Of a stretch of DNA of 64,000 nucleotides, positions 17,217-27,208 are shown in pieces (within the stretch, counting starts at the first letter, position 1; every line of letters begins with the position of its first letter). The notes beneath the pieces were generated by a model that saw only the letters and a list, made by a program, of their open reading frames with translations, ran no database searches and was not told where the DNA came from. Source of the DNA: Candidatus Omnitrophota bacterium (GTDB taxonomy: Bacteria; Omnitrophota; Gorgyraeia; 2-01-FULL-45-10); contig JAGVGJ010000001.1 of NCBI GenBank assembly GCA_020057115.1, positions 12,164-76,163 on the forward strand, read 5' to 3'. The position numbers were made by a program, and so were the translations under genes.

Positions 17217-19133
17217 ATGAGATCCGGAGCCATCAGAAGCATCCTGCCTTTCTTTATACTGCCCGCCATATTTTTCGGTGTGCTCGCCTTGTCATATCTA
17301 AGGACAGCGGACAATTACGAACTTGAGACCCTGGACCTGCGTTTCAAGTTAAGGCCCCAGCCCGCTACCACCGATAAGGTGGTATTCGTAGAAATAGGAG
17401 ATGATTCCATAGCTACGCTCGGCAGGTGGCCGTTCGACAGGAATTATCACGCCCTGGTGATAAAGGCCTTGTCATCGTTCGGCGCCCGCGCCATACTCTT
17501 CGACCTCTTCTTCAGCGAGACTAACGAACAGGACAAGGATGTGGAGGCGGCCATGAAAGAGGCCGGCAATGTGTATATGCCGGTCGTCTTTGAGCTGGAC
17601 GGGAAGAACAGAAAGAGCTCGCTATCCTCAGATAAATACGCCGCTATCACCATAGACAGTTACCGTTCGGCCGTTAAGGGCGAGGGGCAGATCAACATAA
17701 TACCGGACCATGACGGCAAGTTCAGGAGGGTCCCTCTCTACATACAGGATAAAGACGTAAAGGTGCCCTACATCTCATTTTTAATAGGATGCGAATATCT
17801 CGGCATACCCCAGAAGGATATAACTTTCTTCCCCGGTAAATATATCAAGGCGGGGGAGTCTCTTACCATACCTCTCGACGAGCATTCCGATATGGTGATA
17901 AATTATTCCGGCAGGTGGGGCGCCTGTTACAAGCACTATTCCTATGTAGACGTGATACAGTCCTACATGGCGCCGATGCTTGGCCAGGATCCCATACTTA
18001 AAGCGGAAGACTTCAAGGGCAAGATATGCATCGTGGGGCTCACCGCGTCCGGAACGGTGGACCTTCATCCGAACCCGTTCGAGACGCTCTATCCGGGAAT
18101 GGGCATACACGCGGAGATGATAAATTCGCTCATCACCGGAAAGTTCATTGCCCGGGCCTCGAGAGCGGGCAATCTCGGGATACTGGCCGCGCTTCTGGCG
18201 ATCGTCACTCTCATTACCTTGAAGATGAAGCCGGTGAAGGGGCTGATTGCGCTTTGCTCGATCGCCATCGCTTATATCGTCGCAGCGGTCCTCGCATTTG
18301 ACATCTCCGGCATCTGGGTAGATATATTTTATCCTGTCGCGACTATCGGCTCGACATTCCTGGGCATCATGCTCTATAGGTATGTGGTTGAATGGAAAAA
18401 GCGCCTCATGTTCGAGAACGAGCTGTCCATAGCCAAAAAGATACAGGAGAGTTTCCTGCCGAAAGGCGTTCCCGAGATCGAAGGCGTCGAAATAGCCAAA
18501 GGCATGTTCACCGCCCACCAGGTCGGCGGCGACCTTTACGATTTCCTCAATTTCACGGATTCCCGTCTTGGCATCATGATAGGCGATGTCTCAGGCAAGG
18601 GGATCCCGGCAAGCCTGTTCATGGCCATGGTCACCGGCGAGTTCAAGTTCTTTTCCGGACAGGACACCAGGCCGCAGGAGACACTCCTTAACCTGAACGA
18701 GAAACTTATAAAGGACTCCACGTCCAACCTCTTTGTGACTATGTATTACTTGGCCCTTGACATGGCCGGCCACACCATTGCTTACGCCAACGGCGGGCAC
18801 CTGCCGATGCTGCGCGTCTCGAATAATGGCACTGAATTCCTCGATGTCATGGAGGGCGCGCCGCTCGGCCTGATGGAGGGGCCGTATTCGGGCGGGCATG
18901 CGAGTTTCGCCAAAGGCGACGTATTTATCCTGTACACTGATGGAGTTACAGAAGCCATGAACCATCGCAGGGACCTCTATGGCAAAGAGAGATTATCCGC
19001 GGTTGTACTGCGGAGCAGGGATCTGTCGTCAAAAGAGATATTGAACGCTATCGCGCGGGATGTCAAAAAGTTCGAATCCGGCGCTGGCCAGCATGATGAC
19101 ATGACCATTATCGTGATAAAAATAAACCGTTAA
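17217..19133 (+). CDS. CHASE2 sensor + SpoIIE/PP2C (RsbU-like) phosphatase
   Basis: CHASE2 (LGRWPFDR, DHDGKFRRVP, PGMGIHA), 3 TM helices, GGDLYD, GDVSGKG, YTDGVTEA, DDMT. Confidence 0.9.
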   Translation: MRSGAIRSILPFFILPAIFFGVLALSYLRTADNYELETLDLRFKLRPQPATTDKVVFVEIGDDSIATLGRWPFDRNYHALVIKALSSFGARAILFDLFFSETNEQDKDVEAAMKEAGNVYMPVVFELDGKNRKSSLSSDKYAAITIDSYRSAVKGEGQINIIPDHDGKFRRVPLYIQDKDVKVPYISFLIGCEYLGIPQKDITFFPGKYIKAGESLTIPLDEHSDMVINYSGRWGACYKHYSYVDVIQSYMAPMLGQDPILKAEDFKGKICIVGLTASGTVDLHPNPFETLYPGMGIHAEMINSLITGKFIARASRAGNLGILAALLAIVTLITLKMKPVKGLIALCSIAIAYIVAAVLAFDISGIWVDIFYPVATIGSTFLGIMLYRYVVEWKKRLMFENELSIAKKIQESFLPKGVPEIEGVEIAKGMFTAHQVGGDLYDFLNFTDSRLGIMIGDVSGKGIPASLFMAMVTGEFKFFSGQDTRPQETLLNLNEKLIKDSTSNLFVTMYYLALDMAGHTIAYANGGHLPMLRVSNNGTEFLDVMEGAPLGLMEGPYSGGHASFAKGDVFILYTDGVTEAMNHRRDLYGKERLSAVVLRSRDLSSKEILNAIARDVKKFESGAGQHDDMTIIVIKINR

Positions 19134-19145
19134 AAGAAAGGTCTT

Positions 19146-20306
19146 ATGGGCGCAAAAAAGAGCACGAGAGACAATGCGGCTAGAGTTCTTTTACACGTGA
19201 GCAGGATAATGAGTTCATCTCCAGAACTTGATACGGTGAATGACGCCATACTGCGGGAGTCAAGAAAGGCGCTTGGGGCTGACCACGTGTCATTGTTCCT
19301 CCTCGACCAGGAGACAGGATACCTTGACCTTATCAAGGCCGAGGGGTTTACCGCAGACCAGATAGACAACCTGAAGCTTCTCGGCAGCTGGGAGGTCATA
19401 AACGAACAGCTTGTGGAGAAGAAAAAGATCGTCGTGGCCAATGATGTCCGGAAGAGCCAGTTATTCAAGGATAAGACGCTGCCATTCTCTTCCGAGAGGC
19501 TTCCGATCCACTCATTTCTTGCCGCGCCGCTGGTAAAGGACGGCGCGACTGTCGGGGCCCTGATAGTAAGCAATAAAAAGCGGTCGAACCACCATTTTAC
19601 GAAACATGACGCGGATTTCTTGAGCACCCTCTCAAATTACATCGCCATAGCGCTTATCAGCGCCAAGCTCTACATAAAGCTGAAAGAGCTCTTCATAACC
19701 ACCGTAAAGTCCCTCGTAAAGGCTGTCGACGCCAAGGACCAGTATACTAGTGGCCATTCGGAGAGGGTGATGAAATACGCCTACACGATCGGCAAGGAGA
19801 TGGGGCTCGGCCACGATACGATGGAGAACCTGAAATTATCGAGCCTCCTGCATGATATAGGCAAGCTCGGCATAAAAGAGAGCGTTCTCTCCAAGCCCGG
19901 AAAGCTCTCCGCCCGCGAGAGGCGCCAGGTGAGCCATCATCCTGCGATCGGAGTAAAGATAGTGGATTCCATAGCCGATTCCCACAAGATAATACGGGGC
20001 ATACTCGAGCATCACGAACACTTTGACGGGAAGGGTTACCCGAACGGGCTTAAGGCAGGCGAGATATCGCTGGAAGGGCGGATAATAGCCGTTGCCGATA
20101 CATTCGACGCCATGACCACAGCCAGGCCGTACAACAGGAAATATTCGCCCGAAGAAGCGCGCCTTATGGTGAAGAAGGGCTCGGGGACGCAGTTCGATCC
20201 CCATGTGGTGCGGGTTTTTATGAGGTCATATTCGAAACATCCGGAAGTCTGGCAGGCTCTGGCATGGGCGGGACACGGCCTGGCCGAGGGCGTTGACATT
20301 TGGTAG
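19146..20306 (+). CDS. GAF + HD-GYP phosphodiesterase
   Basis: GAF domain then KDQYTSGHSERV, HDIGK, HHEHFDGKGYP, GTQFDP. Confidence 0.9.
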   Translation: MGAKKSTRDNAARVLLHVSRIMSSSPELDTVNDAILRESRKALGADHVSLFLLDQETGYLDLIKAEGFTADQIDNLKLLGSWEVINEQLVEKKKIVVANDVRKSQLFKDKTLPFSSERLPIHSFLAAPLVKDGATVGALIVSNKKRSNHHFTKHDADFLSTLSNYIAIALISAKLYIKLKELFITTVKSLVKAVDAKDQYTSGHSERVMKYAYTIGKEMGLGHDTMENLKLSSLLHDIGKLGIKESVLSKPGKLSARERRQVSHHPAIGVKIVDSIADSHKIIRGILEHHEHFDGKGYPNGLKAGEISLEGRIIAVADTFDAMTTARPYNRKYSPEEARLMVKKGSGTQFDPHVVRVFMRSYSKHPEVWQALAWAGHGLAEGVDIW

Positions 20307-20321
20307 GCTCGCTGTTATAAT
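20293..20321 (+). promoter_or_regulatory. Consensus sigma70 promoter for the tRNA operon
   Basis: ttgaca-N17-tataat. Confidence 0.8.
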
Positions 20322-20332
20322 TATTCGTTTGC

Positions 20333-20406
20333 GGGGCTGTGGTGAAGAGGGATCACATCACAATGGCATTGTGAGGTCACGAGTTCGATTCTCGTCAGCT
20401 CCACCA
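20333..20406 (+). tRNA. tRNA-Ala(GGC)
   Basis: Acceptor stem GGGGCTG/CAGCTCC with G3:U70, anticodon arm tcaca-atGGCat-tgtga, GTTCGA, encoded CCA. Confidence 0.93.
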
Positions 20407-20465
20407 AACTCTGCCTTGACAGCTGCCTGTGGCGGCTAAAGGCATTTTTTTTCGGAAGAAAATTC

Positions 20466-20552
20466 GCTGGAGTGGCGGAACTGGCATACGCGCCGGTCTC
20501 AAAAACCGGTAGTCGCAAGGCTGTGTGGGTTCAAGTCCCACCTCCAGCACCA
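20466..20552 (+). tRNA. tRNA-Leu(CAA)
   Basis: Acceptor stem GCTGGAG/CTCCAGC, anticodon arm ccggt-ctCAAaa-accgg, long variable arm, GTTCAA, encoded CCA. Confidence 0.93.
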
Positions 20553-20557
20553 AAAAT

Positions 20558-21403
20558 ATGCGCATTGGTGTTCACGTATCGATAGCTGGCCATATTTACG
20601 AATCGCTCGACAGGGCTAAGGCGCTCGGCTGCGATACTATGCAGATCTTCAGCCGCAACCCGCGCGGCTGGCAGGCAGCGGAACTTGCGGCCAGCGACAT
20701 AGAAGAGTTCAGGAAGCTTAAAGCAATCTATCGCATAAGCCCGGTCGTCGTGCACATACCGTACCTTATAAATCTTGCGTCTCCCGACGATGATCTTTAC
20801 AGGAAGTCGATAGGCGCTTATATAGACGACATAAAAAGGGCCGATTCGCTCGGAGCCGAATATTTCGTGACGCACCTGGGAAGCCACGTAGGTTCAGGTG
20901 AGGATAATGGCATCAAGCGTTTTTCGGCAGCGCTCAACAAGATAATAAAAACGGCCAGGCCCAAGACCACGATACTTCTTGAGAATACGGCCGGTTCGGG
21001 CGATTCCATAGGATCGAAGTTCGGGCATATAAAAAGGATAATAGGCTCGCTCGATGACGCGTCAAAAGTGGCCGTATGCCTTGATACGGCCCACACATTC
21101 GAGGCGGGTTATGATATTAAGAGCGAGAAGGGTTTTAAGAAGACTTTTAAGGAGTTCGACGATATGCTGGGGCTCGGCCTTATCAAAGTAGTACATTTCA
21201 ATGATTCTCTTTCTCCGATCGGGTCGCATTCAGACAGGCACGAGCATCTGGGCAAGGGGAAGATAGGATTAACGGCCCTCGCGAGGGTGATAAACCACCC
21301 GAAGCTCGAAAATGCCGCTTTCATCATGGAGACCCCGAAGGATACGGATAAAGACGATATAATGAACTTAAAGACAGCAAGAAAGATGTGTAAGACAAGA
21401 TGA
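20558..21403 (+). CDS. nfo: Endonuclease IV
   Basis: MRIGVHVSIAG, HIPYLINLAS, LLENTAG, CLDTAH, DRHEH, METP; start moved to ATG 20558 because the longer ORF overlaps the tRNA. Confidence 0.93.
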   Translation: MRIGVHVSIAGHIYESLDRAKALGCDTMQIFSRNPRGWQAAELAASDIEEFRKLKAIYRISPVVVHIPYLINLASPDDDLYRKSIGAYIDDIKRADSLGAEYFVTHLGSHVGSGEDNGIKRFSAALNKIIKTARPKTTILLENTAGSGDSIGSKFGHIKRIIGSLDDASKVAVCLDTAHTFEAGYDIKSEKGFKKTFKEFDDMLGLGLIKVVHFNDSLSPIGSHSDRHEHLGKGKIGLTALARVINHPKLENAAFIMETPKDTDKDDIMNLKTARKMCKTR

Positions 21404-23907
21404 TAGAAGATACGAGACAATATCCATTTAATGAGATAGAGTCCAAGTGGCAGGAGTACTGGCGCCAGATGAGGCTCTTTAATGTAGATACCAAAGAATA
21501 CAAGAACAAATACTACTGCCTCATGATGTTCCCGTATCCGTCGGCAGCGCTGCATGTGGGCCACGGCAGGAACTATATAATAGGCGATGCCGTCGCGCGC
21601 TATAAGATGATGCGGGGATATGATGTCCTGACCCCCATGGGATTTGACGCATTCGGCCTTCCCGCAGAGAATGCCGCTATTAAGAGCGGCGTCCATCCCG
21701 AGACATCCACGCTTAATAATATAAGCACCATGAGGCGGCAGTTCAGCCAGTGGGGCGTAGAATACGACTGGGACAGGGAGGTGGTATCATGCCTTCCGGA
21801 TTATTATAAATGGACCCAGTGGATATTCCTTAAGCTTTACGGGAAGGGCCTTGCCTACAAGAAGAAAGCGTTCGTTAACTGGTGCCCTTCATGCAAGACT
21901 GTGCTTGCCAACGAGCAGGTCGTTGACAATGCCTGCGAAAGATGCTCGACAGAAGTCACCCAGAAGGACCTTGAGCAGTGGTTTTTCAAGATAACCCATT
22001 ATGCCGACAGGCTCTTAAAGGATATCGGCAAGCTTACGGAATGGCCCGAGCGCGTCAAGACAATGCAGTGCAACTGGATAGGGAAGAGCGAAGGCGTGGA
22101 GATAGATTTTAAGATAGACGGCTCAAGCGATACGCTAAAGTGTTTCACCACAAGGATAGACACGATATTCGGCGCCACCTTTATAGCCCTCGCCCCGGAG
22201 CATCCTCTTGTAGAAAAGTTCGTCAAGGGATCGAAGGAAGAAAAGGCCGTAGCCGAGCTTGTGCGGAAGATGCGGGATGAATCGAAGATCGAGCGCTCTG
22301 ACGCGAATGTCGAGAAAGAAGGCGCATTTACGGGTAAATATGTGATCAACCCTGTAAACGGCAAGAAGGTCCCGATATGGGTCGCCAATTATATACTCAT
22401 GGAATACGGCACGGGTGCCATTATGGCAGTCCCTGCCCATGACCAGAGGGATTTTGAATTCGCTAAGAAATACAAACTGCCGATCGAGGTAGTTATCGAC
22501 GACCCGAAGAGCCCTCTTAAGGTCGAGGCCATGAAAGAGGCCTATATGGGCGAGGGCATCATGGCTAATTCCGCACAGTTCAATGGCCTTGATTCAAGCG
22601 TTTCCATAACGAAGATAGCCGAGTTTTTTGAAGAAAAGGGTTATGGAAAGAGGACTACTCAATATAAGTTGAGGGATTGGCTCATCTCCCGCCAGAGATA
22701 CTGGGGAGCGCCCATACCGATAATATATTGCAATAAGTGCGGGGTCGTGCCTGTCCCGGAAAAGGACCTGCCGGTGCTATTGCCTAAGAATGTGGAGTTC
22801 AGGCCTACCGGCGAGTCTCCGCTCAAATTCTCTGAGAGTTTTGTCAATACAAAGTGCCCGAAATGCGGCGGCCAGGCGACGAGAGAGACCGACACCATGG
22901 ACACGTTCGTCGATTCAAGCTGGTATTACTTGCGTTATATAACGCCTAAACTGGATCAAAAGCCGTTTGATGCAGAACTGGTAAATAAGTGGCTGCCGGT
23001 CGATCAGTACATCGGCGGCGTTGAGCATGCGATACTGCATCTATTGTATTCCAGGTTCATAACGAAATTCTTAAAAGATATCGGATGCGTGGGGTTTGAC
23101 GAGCCGTTTAAGAACCTGTTCACCCAGGGCATGATAACAAAGAATGGCATCAAGATGTCCAAGTCGAAGGGTAACACCGTATCCCCGGATGATCTGATAG
23201 CCAGTTACGGGGCCGATACAGTGAGGTTATATACGCTTTTTATCGGTCCACCGGAGAAAGATGCCGAATGGTCGGATCGGGGAGTGGAAGGAGCGTATCG
23301 GTTCCTCGGGAGGGTGTGGAGGCTGGTAGAGAAGGGTCCAGGGTCCAGGGTCTCCCGCCCGGCAGACATAGAGGGGCGGGACAGGCAGGGTCCAGGAAAA
23401 GATAAAGAAGATGCCACTTTGAGACGCAAGATCCACTCCACCATCAAAAAAGTCACCGAGGATCTGGACGGAGGATTCCATTTCAATACCGCCATAAGCG
23501 CCGTAATGGAACTCGTCAATGAAACATATGACCGCTTAGCTCAGTCTACGGATGGTTCGTCTGGGGGTGGTGCGGTAGCCGAGGCCATCGAGACTGTTGT
23601 TATGCTCCTCTCGCCATTCGTCCCGCATATCGCCGAAGAGATGTGGCAGAAGCTCGGGAAAAAGAACAGCATATTCAGGGCGAGCTGGCCGCCTTATGAC
23701 GAGAAGGCGCTCGCAGCCGACGTATTTACGATGGTCATACAGGTGAACGGAAGGATGCGGTCCAAGATCGATGTGCCGGCCGGCATGAAAGACGACAAGA
23801 TAAAAGAGATAGCGCTATCCGACCCGAAGGTCCAGCCGTTCATCAAGGACAAGACCGTAAGACAGGTAGTGGTGGTCCCGAAGAAGTTAGTCAACATAGT
23901 AGCTTAA
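21400..23907 (+). CDS. leuS: Leucine--tRNA ligase
   Basis: MFPYPS..HVGH, DWLISRQRYWG, KMSKS motifs. Confidence 0.97.
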   Translation: MIEDTRQYPFNEIESKWQEYWRQMRLFNVDTKEYKNKYYCLMMFPYPSAALHVGHGRNYIIGDAVARYKMMRGYDVLTPMGFDAFGLPAENAAIKSGVHPETSTLNNISTMRRQFSQWGVEYDWDREVVSCLPDYYKWTQWIFLKLYGKGLAYKKKAFVNWCPSCKTVLANEQVVDNACERCSTEVTQKDLEQWFFKITHYADRLLKDIGKLTEWPERVKTMQCNWIGKSEGVEIDFKIDGSSDTLKCFTTRIDTIFGATFIALAPEHPLVEKFVKGSKEEKAVAELVRKMRDESKIERSDANVEKEGAFTGKYVINPVNGKKVPIWVANYILMEYGTGAIMAVPAHDQRDFEFAKKYKLPIEVVIDDPKSPLKVEAMKEAYMGEGIMANSAQFNGLDSSVSITKIAEFFEEKGYGKRTTQYKLRDWLISRQRYWGAPIPIIYCNKCGVVPVPEKDLPVLLPKNVEFRPTGESPLKFSESFVNTKCPKCGGQATRETDTMDTFVDSSWYYLRYITPKLDQKPFDAELVNKWLPVDQYIGGVEHAILHLLYSRFITKFLKDIGCVGFDEPFKNLFTQGMITKNGIKMSKSKGNTVSPDDLIASYGADTVRLYTLFIGPPEKDAEWSDRGVEGAYRFLGRVWRLVEKGPGSRVSRPADIEGRDRQGPGKDKEDATLRRKIHSTIKKVTEDLDGGFHFNTAISAVMELVNETYDRLAQSTDGSSGGGAVAEAIETVVMLLSPFVPHIAEEMWQKLGKKNSIFRASWPPYDEKALAADVFTMVIQVNGRMRSKIDVPAGMKDDKIKEIALSDPKVQPFIKDKTVRQVVVVPKKLVNIVA
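23333..23396 (+). repeat. In-frame heptamer array interrupted by a 33-nt hairpin insert in leuS
   Basis: agggtccagggtccagggtc[tcccgccc-N13-gggcggga-cagg]cagggtccagg. Confidence 0.8.
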
Positions 23908-23929
23908 TACCCCCGCCAAAAAAATAAGA

Positions 23930-24289
23930 ATGTTCGATCTCGAAAGACAAGAACGGATCATCGTCATTTTTCTGGTCCTGGCGCTCGTCCTGGGCCTGGG
24001 CCTGTCAGCCTATAGATATTCCCGGTCAAAGGTCACGGTACAGATAGGCCGCTTCAATGCCGCAGATCATTCCCGGGGAAACGCTCTCGTCCGGAGGCAG
24101 ATAAATGTAAATGAGGCATCCTCCGAAGAGCTCGAGAGTCTTGCCGGCATCGGCAAGGCCCTCGCAGGACGCATAGTCGAATACCGCGCCAGGAACGGCT
24201 ATTTTATCTCCAAAGAAGAGGTGAAAAAGGTCAATGGCATAGGCCCGGCACTCTTCGACAGGATCAAGGACGATATAACCACAGAATGA
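23930..24289 (+). CDS. comEA: ComEA-family helix-hairpin-helix DNA-binding protein
   Basis: TM anchor + INVNEAS..LAGIGKALA..VNGIG. Confidence 0.88.
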   Translation: MFDLERQERIIVIFLVLALVLGLGLSAYRYSRSKVTVQIGRFNAADHSRGNALVRRQINVNEASSEELESLAGIGKALAGRIVEYRARNGYFISKEEVKKVNGIGPALFDRIKDDITTE

Positions 24290-26706
24290 AAGCCCCGCTC
24301 GCATATCTTGCCGTTCTTATGATCCTCGGGATATCCCTGGCAGGGGTATTCGATATTCCGCTAGCGCATATATTCATTCTCTCCGCGGCATTGTCCGTGG
24401 CCGCATTCATATCCCTGAAAAATAGACATATATCCCACGCCTGTCTTTACCTTGCGATCTTCTTTTTAGGGGTCCTGTCGTTTCGCGCGTCAGACATACT
24501 GCCTGCCGATCACATCTCCAGGATCGTATCCGCTAAAGGCGAAAAGATATTTTTGAAGGGCATAGTGGCGGACGATCCTTCTACCGTAAAGACATTCTAC
24601 GGCGGCTATAAGACGATTTTTACATTGCGCTCTTCTTCATGCAAGACAAAGGACGCGTGGCAGGATGTTAAAGGCCTCGTAAAGGTCGATATCAATTCAA
24701 AGACCTTAGGTTGCGACATCGCATCCGGGGATGAACTTCTGGTTTACGGTTTCGCGTCAAGGCCCCGGGGATTAAAGAATCCGGGCCTCTTCGACTATTC
24801 AAAATATCTAGAGCTTAACAGGATATACCTGGAGCTAAAGGCAAAAGGCTTCTCTTCGGCCAGGGTCATAGGACGCTCCGGACCCGGCCCGGTCAGGGTC
24901 TCGGCCTATAGATTAAGGCATAAGATCTTGAACTTTTTGGGAGAGCATTTCGACGAACCGTATTCCGGCTTCTTAAAAGCGATACTTATAGGCGATAGGA
25001 CATGCCTCGACAGGTCGCTTGATGAAGATTTCATGAAGACCGGGACCATCCACATATTATCCGTAAGCGGCACGCATGTGGCGCTTATCGCATGCGTGAT
25101 CATATTCATCTTCAGATTACTGCGGATACCAAAAAAGACGGGCATGTTCCTCGCGGCGCTCTTGCTGGCATTCTATTCTTTCTCTGCCGGGCTGAACGTG
25201 CCGATAGTAAGGTCTGTTATCATGTTCGCCATATTCGCTTTGGGTTATATACTCGACAGGGAGAGCGACATATTGAACAGCCTGGCCGCGGCATGCTTTA
25301 TAATACTCCTGTGGAACCCGAAAGAGCTTTTCGACCCGAGCTTCCAACTGTCATTCGGTTCCATAGCGGCCATAGTCATCATATCGCCGGCGATAGACCG
25401 CCTGTTCGGTCTAGAGGCAAAGGGGAGGCTCTCCGGATCCGATAAAGCGAGATTTTATTTCATGAAGAGCGTCTCCGTTTCTATGGCCGCCTGGATCGGA
25501 GTGGCGCCGGTAGTATCTTTCTATTTTAATATGACCTCTCCGGTCTCCGTGATAGCGAACCTCGTTGTGATACCGGCGATATCTTTAGTGATGGTAATGT
25601 CCCTTATCTTTTTGTCGGTCGGCCCATTCTCGAGCTTTTTCGCAGCCGCTTCGGCACTCTGCATACAGTCTGCCTCGGCCTCGCTCTTTTGGATAAACCA
25701 TCTTCTGTCCGAAGTGCCGCTGGCTTACTTCCGGACGCCGGCGCCGTCCGCCCCATTTTTATTGAGTTTTTATCTTTTGCTCGCGCTTTTTATAATGCCG
25801 AAACCGATAATATTCCGGCGCATGAAGATCGAATCAAAGCACATATTGATATTAACGCTGCTCATTGCGAACATATTCATATGGCAGGGCTACTTCGCGT
25901 CTTTCGGCAAGATCCTTAAGATGGATATCCTAGACGTGGGAAGCGCAGATGCCATACTGGTTCGATTTCCCGGGAAAGGCGTGATGCTCGTTGACGCCGG
26001 CACCGGAGGCAAAGACAGGTTCGACGCCGCCCGCGCCGTAGTGGCGCCGTTCCTCTGGAACAGGGGCCTGAGGAGGATAGACGCGGTGGTGGTCACGCAT
26101 CCTCACGCCGACCACCTCGGAGGCGTTCCGTATATTTTAAATAACTTCGAGGTCGGCTGTGTGATCGATAATGGCGCAGGTTTTGACGGAAGAGAGGCTC
26201 TCGAGCGGGATTATCTCGGGATAATAAAAAAGAAAAATATCCCGCGCATACGGGCGAGGGAAGGCGATACGATCGAGGGATTTTCCGGAGTGAAGATATT
26301 CGTATTGAACCCTCCGGGTTCGGAAGACGGATCCGATCCGAACAGGTCTTCGATAGTCATGAAGATAGTTTACGGAAGATCGAGCGCGCTTTTATGCGGC
26401 GATCTCTCGGGAGAGGCGATAGAGAAGATCCTGTCGTACGGAAAGTTTTTAAAGTCGGACATCTTTAAGGTGCCGCATCATGGCGGTTCTTTCGGAGGCG
26501 AGGAGAGGGTTGCGGCGCTCTTCAATGCCGTCGCTGCCGGAGCTTGCATGGTAAGCTCAGGAGAGGGCAATAGGCCAGATCGCGCAGTAAATAACATGTT
26601 AAAAGCGTCAAACTTTATTTCCTATGAAACAAAGAAAGACGGCGCTATAAATGTATTTCTCGACGGGAAAAGTTTCAGTGTAAAAGTGTATAGGAAGAAA
26701 AACTAG
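24286..26706 (+). CDS. comEC: DNA internalization competence protein ComEC/Rec2
   Basis: NPGLFDY, HILSVSGTH, SFQLSF; MBL domain THPHADH, KVPHHG. Confidence 0.92.
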   Translation: MKAPLAYLAVLMILGISLAGVFDIPLAHIFILSAALSVAAFISLKNRHISHACLYLAIFFLGVLSFRASDILPADHISRIVSAKGEKIFLKGIVADDPSTVKTFYGGYKTIFTLRSSSCKTKDAWQDVKGLVKVDINSKTLGCDIASGDELLVYGFASRPRGLKNPGLFDYSKYLELNRIYLELKAKGFSSARVIGRSGPGPVRVSAYRLRHKILNFLGEHFDEPYSGFLKAILIGDRTCLDRSLDEDFMKTGTIHILSVSGTHVALIACVIIFIFRLLRIPKKTGMFLAALLLAFYSFSAGLNVPIVRSVIMFAIFALGYILDRESDILNSLAAACFIILLWNPKELFDPSFQLSFGSIAAIVIISPAIDRLFGLEAKGRLSGSDKARFYFMKSVSVSMAAWIGVAPVVSFYFNMTSPVSVIANLVVIPAISLVMVMSLIFLSVGPFSSFFAAASALCIQSASASLFWINHLLSEVPLAYFRTPAPSAPFLLSFYLLLALFIMPKPIIFRRMKIESKHILILTLLIANIFIWQGYFASFGKILKMDILDVGSADAILVRFPGKGVMLVDAGTGGKDRFDAARAVVAPFLWNRGLRRIDAVVVTHPHADHLGGVPYILNNFEVGCVIDNGAGFDGREALERDYLGIIKKKNIPRIRAREGDTIEGFSGVKIFVLNPPGSEDGSDPNRSSIVMKIVYGRSSALLCGDLSGEAIEKILSYGKFLKSDIFKVPHHGGSFGGEERVAALFNAVAAGACMVSSGEGNRPDRAVNNMLKASNFISYETKKDGAINVFLDGKSFSVKVYRKKN

Positions 26707-26836
26707 CTTTTTTCTTTCTTACCTTGACAAATATATCGATTCATGATATAGTTTACACAGAAAATCAAAGTAACAGAGAGTTTAAGAACTCATAGATATA
26801 TTCAATTTTTACAAGGCCACTACAAAGGAGGGCCAA

Positions 26837-27208
26837 TTGGACGCAAAATCTGGTAATCGCGTGGATGAGAGAAGAAGGTATCCAAGAGCGGAAACCAATC
26901 TGCCCATCAGCTACAAAAACTTAAGAAGCGTAGGCGAGGCCCCGGTCAGCTCTTCGACCCGGGACATCAGTGAGGGCGGAGCCCGCTTCAAAACGAACGA
27001 ATTTATATCGCTTGCCTGTCGTCTCGTGTTGGAGATATCGATACCCACGTCTCCGAAACCCGTAAAGGCGATATCCAAGGTTGCGTGGATCAAGAAGCTT
27101 CCGACCGGTGATAATTACGAGATAGGGAACCATTTCCTGGAGATCACCAAGGAAGACAAGTCACGCATCATGGATTACATGAATAATGCGGTCAAGGAAA
27201 TCCTCTAA
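26837..27208 (+). CDS. Stand-alone PilZ domain protein
   Basis: RRRYPR (RxxxR) and DISEGG (D/NxSxxG) motifs; SD aaggagg before TTG. Confidence 0.88.
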   Translation: MDAKSGNRVDERRRYPRAETNLPISYKNLRSVGEAPVSSSTRDISEGGARFKTNEFISLACRLVLEISIPTSPKPVKAISKVAWIKKLPTGDNYEIGNHFLEITKEDKSRIMDYMNNAVKEIL

